Counted from the stretch's first letter, positions 1-6,689 are shown. The stretch is DNA of 15,592 bases from Gemmatimonadota bacterium (GCA_040905425.1 JBBDRO010000079.1:7757-23348), one strand, 5' to 3'. Numbers and translations are program-made. The notes: generated by a model not told the origin, from the sequence alone.

Positions 1-51
1 ATCTCGTGTGTTCACAAGCGGATACGTCCTTTCTGCAATCCGGAATCATTC

Positions 52-81
52 TTGACAGGAGCGGCTCGCTCCGTCTAACCT
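52..81 (+). promoter_or_regulatory. Putative sigma70 promoter of the Fur/PerR gene
   Basis: TTGACA (52-57), 18-nt spacer, TAACCT (76-81), about 60 nt upstream of the RBS and ATG. Confidence 0.6.
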
Positions 82-143
82 TAATGGTGATCGGATGGAG
101 GGCAGCGGCCCTCCATGCCCCCAAGCGTTGCCGTGGAGCTCTC

Positions 144-590
144 ATGTCGCACGACCAGATGACTCTTGATGCGGAGACCGTCCTGCGCCACGCGCTGGAG
201 GCTGGGGGGCAGCGCTATACCGAGCAGCGGGGCGCGGTGTTCACCTTTGTCCGCTCCACCCGCAGCCACCCCACGGCCGACGAGGTCTTCACGAACGTGC
301 GGCGGGAGATCCCCGACATCTCCCTGGCCACCGTCTACAAGTCGCTCGAGACGCTGGTCGGCTGCGGCCTGGCCGTGAAACTGGCCTACGGGGACGGCTC
401 CGCCCGCTACGACGGGCGCACGGATCCCCACCATCACGCGCGCTGCACCAGGTGCGGCCTGGTACTCGACGTGCCGGGTGATCTGCCCACCGCGCCGCTG
501 CCCGCCGCGGCCGGCGCGGTGGACGGCTTCCAGGTGCGCGGTTACCGTCTCGAACTCCTGGGTCACTGCAGCGTCTGCCAGGCCGACTGA
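144..590 (+). CDS. Fur-family transcriptional regulator, PerR-like (148 aa)
   Basis: Motifs HPTADEV, SLATVYKSL, RYDG..PHHHARCTRCG, VLDV and C-terminal CSVC (two CxxC). The H/D/H/H/D ligand pattern matches PerR. ATG at 144 follows GGAG at 135-138. Confidence 0.9.
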   Translation: MSHDQMTLDAETVLRHALEAGGQRYTEQRGAVFTFVRSTRSHPTADEVFTNVRREIPDISLATVYKSLETLVGCGLAVKLAYGDGSARYDGRTDPHHHARCTRCGLVLDVPGDLPTAPLPAAAGAVDGFQVRGYRLELLGHCSVCQAD

Positions 591-599
591 GCTGGCCGG

Positions 600-2810
600 C
601 TACTTCACGAACAGCATCTCCCGGTAGCGCGGCAGCGGCCAGAGATCGTCGGGCACCACCCTCTCCAGGTCATCCACCACTTCCCGCACCGCCGCCATGG
701 CCGGCTTGATGTTCTCCCGCATGTGCAGCGCCTTGGAATGGACGGTGTCCCCGCCCAGCTCGGCATTCTGCTCCACCAGCGTGGCCAGCGCCTCCGCCAG
801 CCGGTTGATGAGGTCGTTCACGCGGGCCCGGGTGCCGGCCACGCCCGGTGCCTTCGTACCGGCGTCGATCGTCCGGGCCGCACTCAGCGAGTCGGCAGCC
901 TCGTTCAGCTCGTTCAGGTAGCGGACCGCCGCCGGCAGCACCATGGTAGCGGCCAGTTCGGCCGTGGTCTCACCTTCGATGTTGATGGTCTTGAAGTACT
1001 GGTCCGTGGCAATCTCCTCGCGCGAGGCCATCTCCCGGCGCGTGAGCACATCGTACTTCTCGAACAGCGCAACGTTCTTCTCCTCCACCATCCGGGGCAG
1101 GGCGTCCAGTGCACCGGGCAGGTTGAGGAGTCCGCGGCGGGCAGCTTCCTCGTGCCACTCCGCGGAGTAGCCGTCGCCATTGAAGATGATGCGCTTGAAG
1201 TCATGGATCTTCTCGGCCAGCAGTTCGCGCAGCGCATCCTCGAACGTGGTGCCGTTGGACACCGCGTCCTCGAGTTCCGTGGTCATCTCGTCGATGCTCT
1301 CGGCCACGATGGTGTTGAGCACCGTGGCGGGGAAGGAGATGGACTGGGAGGAGCCCACCGCCCGGAATTCGAACTTGTTGCCGGTAAAGGCGAAGGGTGA
1401 CGTACGGTTGCGATCCCCGGCGTGGCGGGGCAGTTGCGGCAGGATGCTGGAGCCCAACCCCAGGAGCCCCCCCTGCTTGCTGGTGGTGGCGCTGCCCGCC
1501 TTTTCGATCTGCTCGAACACATCCGCCAGCTGCTCGCCCAGGAACACGGAAATAATGGCCGGGGGCGCTTCGTTAGCGCCCAGGCGGTGATCGTTGCCCG
1601 CGTGGGCGATCGCGGCCCTGAGCAGATCCTGATGCCGCTCCACGGCGCGCAGCACGCACGCGCAGAAGAAGAGGAACTGCATGTTGTCGTGCGGATTGTC
1701 TCCCGGCTCGAGCAGGTTCTGCGTGGCCGTGCCGAAGGACCAGTTGAGGTGCTTGCCGCTGCCGTTCACCCCGGCGAAGGGCTTTTCATGGAGGAGCGCC
1801 ACCAGCCCGTACTTCCGGGCGGTGCGCCGCAGCACCATCATGAGCAGCTGCTGGTGGTCCGCCGCCAGGTTGGCGTTCTCGTAGATCGGCGCCATCTCGA
1901 ACTGGCCGGGCGCCACCTCGTTGTGCCGCGTCTTGACGGGCACGCCCAGGCGGTACAGCTCCCGCTCCACTTCCATCATGTAGGCCAGCACCCGGTCGGG
2001 GATCTGCCCGAAATAGTGGTCTTCCAGCTCCTGGCCGCGCGGGGGCTTGGCGCCGATCAGCGTACGGCCGGTGGCGATCAGGTCGGGCCGCCGGTAGACG
2101 AATTCCTGATCCACCAGGAAATACTCCTGCTCCGCCCCGAGCGAGACCACCACCTGCTCGGCGGGGCTGTCGAAGAGCTTCAGGGCCCGGCGCGTCTGGG
2201 CCTCCAGCACGTGCATGGAGCGCAGCAGCGGCAGCTTCAGGTCCAGCGCGTCACCGGTCCAGGATGTGAAGACGGTCGGGATGGCCAGGTAGCTGCCGCC
2301 CGGGGCCTCCACGATGAAGGCCGGCGACGTGGGGTCCCAGGCCGTGTAGCCCCGCGCCTCGAAGGTGGCGCGCAGCCCGCCCGAGGGAAACGACGAAGCG
2401 TCCGGCTCCCCCTGCACCAGGTCCTTGCCGCTGAATTCGGCGAACGCGCCACCGCCCCGGTTGGGCGTGATGAACGAATCGTGCTTCTCGGCGGTGGCTC
2501 CCGTCAGCGGCTGGAACCAGTGCGTGAAGTGCGTGGCCCCCTTCTCCAGCGCCCACTCCTTCATGGCAATGGCCATGGCATCGGCCAGGTTGGGATCCAG
2601 GTCGGCGCCCTCATCGATCGTGCGCAGCACGGCCTTGAAGGTCTCCTTGGGCAGGCGCGCCTTCATCTCGGCCAGCCCGAAGGTGTTCTCGCCGAAGATC
2701 TTCTCGATATCCATAGGGGCCGGCCGGTCTTTGCTCCGGCGGCCATCGCCGGGTATCCATCCGGTGATGGCGGCGAGCGAATCGAAGCGGGGGGCGGTGG
2801 CGGTGCGCAT
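600..2810 (-). CDS. glnN: Glutamine synthetase type III (736 aa)
   Basis: GSIII motifs [97 protein letters not shown] and C-terminal [24 protein letters not shown] lies directly upstream of the ATG. Confidence 0.96.
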   Translation of the reverse strand: MRTATAPRFDSLAAITGWIPGDGRRSKDRPAPMDIEKIFGENTFGLAEMKARLPKETFKAVLRTIDEGADLDPNLADAMAIAMKEWALEKGATHFTHWFQPLTGATAEKHDSFITPNRGGGAFAEFSGKDLVQGEPDASSFPSGGLRATFEARGYTAWDPTSPAFIVEAPGGSYLAIPTVFTSWTGDALDLKLPLLRSMHVLEAQTRRALKLFDSPAEQVVVSLGAEQEYFLVDQEFVYRRPDLIATGRTLIGAKPPRGQELEDHYFGQIPDRVLAYMMEVERELYRLGVPVKTRHNEVAPGQFEMAPIYENANLAADHQQLLMMVLRRTARKYGLVALLHEKPFAGVNGSGKHLNWSFGTATQNLLEPGDNPHDNMQFLFFCACVLRAVERHQDLLRAAIAHAGNDHRLGANEAPPAIISVFLGEQLADVFEQIEKAGSATTSKQGGLLGLGSSILPQLPRHAGDRNRTSPFAFTGNKFEFRAVGSSQSISFPATVLNTIVAESIDEMTTELEDAVSNGTTFEDALRELLAEKIHDFKRIIFNGDGYSAEWHEEAARRGLLNLPGALDALPRMVEEKNVALFEKYDVLTRREMASREEIATDQYFKTINIEGETTAELAATMVLPAAVRYLNELNEAADSLSAARTIDAGTKAPGVAGTRARVNDLINRLAEALATLVEQNAELGGDTVHSKALHMRENIKPAMAAVREVVDDLERVVPDDLWPLPRYREMLFVK

Positions 2811-2925
2811 CCTCTCCTCTGGGCTGTGGTGGAGCCGCGGCTATCGTGCCGATGTGATCATGAAACGGGCCACCACCACCCCCCCGATGCGCGCTCTGGC
2901 AGTCGGCGGGGGCCGGTGACGCGCC

Positions 2926-2954
2926 AAGATACCCGCCGCCCGCGCGGTCCGCAA
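2926..2954 (-). promoter_or_regulatory. Putative sigma70 promoter of GS III
   Basis: Minus strand TTGCGG (2954-2949), 17 nt, TATCTT (2931-2926). Predicted TSS is ~2920, giving a ~110-nt leader. Confidence 0.6.
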
Positions 2955-2972
2955 GACTGCTGTACACATGAT

Positions 2973-2988
2973 TTTGATCATACGCACA
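2973..2988. promoter_or_regulatory. CRP/FNR-family-like binding site
   Basis: TTTGA-N6-GCACA is an 8/10 match to TGTGA-N6-TCACA in an AT-rich island, centred ~61 bp upstream of the predicted GS III TSS. Confidence 0.4.
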
Positions 2989-3070
2989 CATTTCACTGTT
3001 CGATACGCATAAATTGGCCGCATTTCGAGCATGACGTACCCAGAACATCCGCAAGCACGGGCGCTTCTAC

Positions 3071-3099
3071 TTGACATATCGTTCGCTCGCCCAGATGAT
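3071..3099 (+). promoter_or_regulatory. Putative sigma70 promoter of glnA
   Basis: TTGACA (3071-3076), 17 nt, GATGAT (3094-3099). Confidence 0.55.
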
Positions 3100-3184
3100 C
3101 AGGCGCCTCGGCTGGGCTCGGCTCGCAGCACGGAACGCCTGTCCCGGGCGCGCAACCGCAGAAATCCCGACCTGGAGAGCGGAC

Positions 3185-4624
3185 ATGATCGGACATGGAA
3201 CGGCAGACCGGGGCCCCAGGGGACCCGCGCACGGCGGGCTGGTGCCCGTTCATCGCGTGGGCGCCACCGCACTGGGGAGCCGGCAGAACCGGCCGCGAGG
3301 CGCGGCGCGCGCAGAGATCGTGCGGCGTCTCGAGGCGGCCAACGTCCGCTTCCTCAGGCTCCAGTTCATCGACGTGCCGGGTGTCATCAAGAACGTGGAA
3401 GTCCCCCGCGGCCAGTTCGAGAAGGCGCTGGAGGGGGACATGATGTTCGACGGCTCCTCCATCGAGGGATTCGTGCGCGTGGAGGAATCGGACATGGTGC
3501 TCCACCCCGACCCCGACACGCTGGTGGTCTTCCCGTGGGGTGATCCGGACAACCGTGTGGCGCGGATCATCTGTGACGTGCGCACGGCCGCCGGCGAACC
3601 CTTCGAGGGCGATCCACGACGGGTTCTCAGGCGGCAGATCGCGGCGGCAGCGGAACTCGGCTTCGAGATGATGGCGGGAGTGGAAGCCGAGTTCTTTCTC
3701 TTCCACAGAGCGGAGGACGGCTCGCCGACCCGGCTCACGCACGACTCGGGCGGGTACTTCGACCTCACGCCGGTGGATCTGGGTGAGGTGGCGCGGCGCG
3801 ACATCGTGAACGTGCTGGACACGCTCGGCTTCGAGGTCGAGGCGGCGCACCACGAGGTAGCGCCGGGTCAGCATGAGATCGACTTTCGCTACACCGACGC
3901 CCTTACCACGGCCGATGACCTGGCCACCTTCAAATTCGTGGTGCGCAACATAGCCCTGCAGCACGGGTTGCACGCCACCTTCATGCCCAAACCCATCTTC
4001 GGGCGCAACGGTTCGGGCATGCACACCCACCAGTCCCTCTTCCGGGACGGTGAGAACGCCTTCTACGACGCCGCCGATCCGGACGGGCTGTCCGATGTGG
4101 CGCGCTGGTACGCGGGCGGACTGCTGAAACACGCACGCGCCCTGTGCGCCGTGACCAACCCGCTCGTGAATAGTTTCAAGCGTCTGGTCCCCGGGTTCGA
4201 GGCACCGGTGAACGTGGCGTGGTCCCACCATAACCGTTCCCCCATGATCCGGGTCCCGGCGCGCCGCGAGAAGGGCACGCGGCTGGAACTGCGCATGCCC
4301 GATCCGTCGGCCAACCCGTATCTGGCCCTGGCCGTCCAGCTGGCCGCCGGGCTGGACGGGGTGCGGCGGCGGATCGAGCCGCCGGAGCCGGTGGACAAGA
4401 ACATCTGGACACTGTCGGTGCGCGACCGTCGACGCTACAAGATCCAGGAACTGCCGCGTGATCTGGGCGAGGCCATTGCGCTGCTGAGGCGGAGTTCATT
4501 CATGAAACGCACCCTGGGGGAGCACGTCTTCGATCATTTCGTGGCGGCGAAGGAGCAGGAGTGGGAGGCCTACATCGCGCAGGTCCACGATTGGGAAATC
4601 GACGCCTACCTGGGCGCCTATTGA
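3185..4624 (+). CDS. glnA: Glutamine synthetase type I (GSI-alpha-like; start uncertain)
   Basis: Motifs VRFLRLQFID, FDGSSIEGF, EESDM, GVEAEFF, GYFD, HHEVAPGQHEI, ATFMPKP, NGSGMH, RLVPGFEAP, NRSPMIR, RLELRMPD. ATG 3185 is preceded by GGAGAG. In-frame GTGs at 3242 and 3257 are alternative starts. Confidence 0.94.
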   Translation: MIGHGTADRGPRGPAHGGLVPVHRVGATALGSRQNRPRGAARAEIVRRLEAANVRFLRLQFIDVPGVIKNVEVPRGQFEKALEGDMMFDGSSIEGFVRVEESDMVLHPDPDTLVVFPWGDPDNRVARIICDVRTAAGEPFEGDPRRVLRRQIAAAAELGFEMMAGVEAEFFLFHRAEDGSPTRLTHDSGGYFDLTPVDLGEVARRDIVNVLDTLGFEVEAAHHEVAPGQHEIDFRYTDALTTADDLATFKFVVRNIALQHGLHATFMPKPIFGRNGSGMHTHQSLFRDGENAFYDAADPDGLSDVARWYAGGLLKHARALCAVTNPLVNSFKRLVPGFEAPVNVAWSHHNRSPMIRVPARREKGTRLELRMPDPSANPYLALAVQLAAGLDGVRRRIEPPEPVDKNIWTLSVRDRRRYKIQELPRDLGEAIALLRRSSFMKRTLGEHVFDHFVAAKEQEWEAYIAQVHDWEIDAYLGAY

Positions 4625-4640
4625 AGCTTGTCCTGGGACG

Positions 4641-5822
4641 TCAGCCCCGGCCTTCCGCGCCGGCGCCCGCCGTGGCCGGGGATTGGCGCTCGCCGCTGCG
4701 GTCTTCGGGGAAGGCCACCACGACCCTGGTGCCGGCCGGCATGGTGTCCCAGCGCACTTTTCCGCCGAGCTCGTTGTGCACCAGCGCCGTGACGATGGAC
4801 ATGCCGCTCCCCGTCACGCTCGGTTCCCGCTCCATGCTGCTTCCCATGCCATCATCCTCGACCACCATGCGTAGTTCATCCGCGTCATGCTCGAAACGTA
4901 GCCCGATGGTGCCCTCCCTGCCGTCCGGGAAGGCATGGCGGAGCGCGTTGGTGAGGAGTTCGTTCAGGATGAGCGCCAGGGCAAAACCGCGCCGCTCGTC
5001 CAGGATCAGGCTGACGCCGCTGATTTCCAGGTCGATGTGCCGCTCCACGTCCCAGGCGTTGCGCAGCCTCTGGGCCAGCTTGTCGGCGATCTCCCGGGCA
5101 GGCACACCGGCGTAGTTCTGCCGGCGCAGAGCCTCGTGCACGAGCAGGAAGGAGCGCAACCGGTGCTCGAGGGAGGCCAACGCTTCGGCAGGCTCCCGTG
5201 GGGGACGCCGATTCCGCTCCATGCCGAGCAGGCCCATGATGACCGAGAGGTTATTGCGCACCCGATGGTCCAGCTCGCGCAGCAGGAGACTGCGCTCCTC
5301 GGCATCGTGGCGGGCCTGTTCGTAGAGCTGGTAATTCTGGTCGGCCAGTTCCTGGAGCTGCGCGTTGGCCGTCTTGAGCGCCAGTTCGGCGCGATGGACC
5401 CGCAGGCGCGACTCGATGCGCGCGGTCAATTCCGCAATGTGGAATGGCTTGGCCACGTAGTCGTCGGCACCTGCCGTGAAGGTACGCACCACGTCATCGG
5501 GTGCCGTTCGAGCGGTCACCATGATGACGGGCAGCAAGGGATCGTGCCGCTCCTTGATGTCCCGGCAGATGCTCCAGCCGTCGCGGCCCGGCAGCATGGC
5601 GTCCAGCAGGACGAGGTCGACCTCGTCCAGGAAGGCGAACGCTTCCTCCCCGCGCGCTACGGAAATCACCTCGTAGTGGTGCGCCTCCAGTAGATCGGTG
5701 AAGGTCTGGCGCGCGAGCGGTTCGTCATCGACCACCAGGACGCGAACCGCGTCTCGGGCACGCACCGGGTCGGCGCCGTTCCGCACGGCATCGGGACGGC
5801 CATCATCCTTGCTGGAGCTCAT
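4641..5822 (-). CDS. Cytoplasmic hybrid histidine kinase: N-terminal receiver, coiled coil, HisKA_2 (PdtaS/EutW-like) and HATPase (393 aa)
   Basis: REC motifs VLVVDDE, LVLLDAMLPG, VTAR, YVAKPF. H-box RELDHRVRNNL, N-box NELLTNALRHAF, G1 DDGMG, G2 GSGMSIV. No hydrophobic TM segment. Starts 12 nt after the ANTAR gene stop. Confidence 0.9.
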   Translation of the reverse strand: MSSSKDDGRPDAVRNGADPVRARDAVRVLVVDDEPLARQTFTDLLEAHHYEVISVARGEEAFAFLDEVDLVLLDAMLPGRDGWSICRDIKERHDPLLPVIMVTARTAPDDVVRTFTAGADDYVAKPFHIAELTARIESRLRVHRAELALKTANAQLQELADQNYQLYEQARHDAEERSLLLRELDHRVRNNLSVIMGLLGMERNRRPPREPAEALASLEHRLRSFLLVHEALRRQNYAGVPAREIADKLAQRLRNAWDVERHIDLEISGVSLILDERRGFALALILNELLTNALRHAFPDGREGTIGLRFEHDADELRMVVEDDGMGSSMEREPSVTGSGMSIVTALVHNELGGKVRWDTMPAGTRVVVAFPEDRSGERQSPATAGAGAEGRG

Positions 5823-5834
5823 GCCCGGCTCGCC

Positions 5835-6425
5835 TCAATCACGCTGTAGCAGGGGGGCGGCGAGCAGGATCTTGCGCGCCAGATCCACCATGGGCGTGTT
5901 CTTGTCCTGGCTGGTCTTCTGCAGGAAGCGGTAGGCGTCCTTCTCCGACAGGCCGCGGGATTCCATGAGCAGGCCCTTGGCGCGTTCCACGATCTTGCGC
6001 TCCTCGAGCCGCATCTCGAGCATGTCACGATCCTTCCGGGCGCTGTGCCATTCGGCGAAGCGGGCGCGTGCCACGGCAATGGCCGGAGCCAGGTCATCCG
6101 GATCCACCGGCTTGACCAGGTAGTGGAAGATCGGTGCCCGCGTGGCTTCCTCGACCGTCCGCGTATCACTGTACGCGGACAGTATGATCATGGGGATGGC
6201 ACGCTCCGCGGCAATCTCATGGGCGGCTTCCGGCCCCGTCATGGTGGGCATACGGATGTCCAGGAAAGCCAGATCCGGCTCGGTCTCACGTGCCAGTTGC
6301 ACCGCCTCCCGCCCGTTGGCCGCGGTGGCCACGACCTCGTGTCCGAGGGTTTCGAGCTGACTCTTCAGCGCGAGGTTGTGCAGGGCCTCGTCATCGGCGA
6401 TGAGCACGCGGAGGGATTCACTCAT
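5835..6425 (-). CDS. REC-ANTAR response regulator (PdtaR/EutV/NasT-like RNA-binding antiterminator, 196 aa)
   Basis: REC motifs VLIADDE, LAFLDIRMP, ILSAY, YLVKP. ANTAR signature LEERKIVERAKGLLMESRGLSEKDAYRFLQKTSQDKNTPMVDLARKIL. RBS AAGGAG upstream. Confidence 0.94.
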   Translation of the reverse strand: MSESLRVLIADDEALHNLALKSQLETLGHEVVATAANGREAVQLARETEPDLAFLDIRMPTMTGPEAAHEIAAERAIPMIILSAYSDTRTVEEATRAPIFHYLVKPVDPDDLAPAIAVARARFAEWHSARKDRDMLEMRLEERKIVERAKGLLMESRGLSEKDAYRFLQKTSQDKNTPMVDLARKILLAAPLLQRD

Positions 6426-6453
6426 GGCGGAGGCTCTCCTTCAAGATAGTAGC

Positions 6454-6489
6454 AACAAAAACGCACCTGCCCCGGTCGGGGAGGCGCGT
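6454..6489 (-). terminator. Intrinsic terminator/attenuator in the 5' leader of the ANTAR gene
   Basis: Minus strand ACGCGCCT-CCCC-GACC-GGGG-C-AGGTGCGT (12 bp, one G:U, one bulge) followed by TTTTGTT. It ends ~30 nt before the ANTAR ATG, and there is no upstream same-strand gene to terminate. Confidence 0.8.
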
Positions 6490-6551
6490 CGTCACCTCGG
6501 TGGCCTGCACTTCCCCGCCTTGCCCGGCGAGCGACATGATCACCTGCAGGA

Positions 6552-6581
6552 ATAGTGGACCCGGCGCAAGTCGCAGCGCAA
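6552..6581 (-). promoter_or_regulatory. Putative sigma70 promoter of the ANTAR-kinase operon
   Basis: Minus strand TTGCGC (6581-6576), 18 nt, CACTAT (6557-6552). Predicted TSS is ~6545. Confidence 0.4.
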
Positions 6582-6660
6582 GTGCGGAGCCCCCCTGGAA
6601 GAGCCGTGCCGCGGGAACCGCCGGCCGGATCGGGCGGTACGGCGTGGGAGGCCGGGCTCC

Positions 6661-6689
6661 TTGCTCACCCGGAGCGCCACGGGTATGCT
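6661..6689 (+). promoter_or_regulatory. Putative sigma70 promoter of dacB
   Basis: TTGCTC (6661-6666), 17 nt, TATGCT (6684-6689). Confidence 0.6.

Noticed and set aside
6..143. Upstream extensions of track ORFs (starts at 6, 3071, 6661, 10331, 12076, 12403, 12494)
   Set aside because: They run through promoter or intergenic DNA. Most have a downstream start with an SD, and all give family-typical lengths from the later start.
2836..2852. Sigma54-like cGGCACG-atag-ccGC upstream of glnN, and cGGCACG-gctc-TTCC upstream of the ANTAR gene (~6597-6611)
   Set aside because: The first lacks the TT of the -12 box and the second lacks the invariant GC. CGGCACG is easily produced by chance at this GC content. 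Not fully excluded without TSS data.
1422..3074. 550-aa plus-strand ORF (also 2993-4231 minus, 4935-5693 plus, 10375-11433 minus, 14590-15462 minus and other long ORFs)
   Set aside because: These are antisense or frame shadows of well-supported genes, expected in high-GC DNA, with no recognisable motifs.
6499..6524. Canonical ANTAR A1/G4 loops C-AAGGCG-G and C-ACCGAG-G in the leader
   Set aside because: Only the closing C-G pair forms and flanking bases do not pair, so a canonical motif cannot be claimed.
6481..6545. ZTP, cobalamin, c-di-GMP or ykkC riboswitch, or SRP RNA
   Set aside because: The conserved cores of these families are not present on either strand.
6564..6583. Direct repeat GCGCAAGT x2 (12-bp period) at the ANTAR promoter
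   Set aside because: Only two short copies, and the adjacent regulator binds RNA rather than DNA. Insufficient support for an operator.
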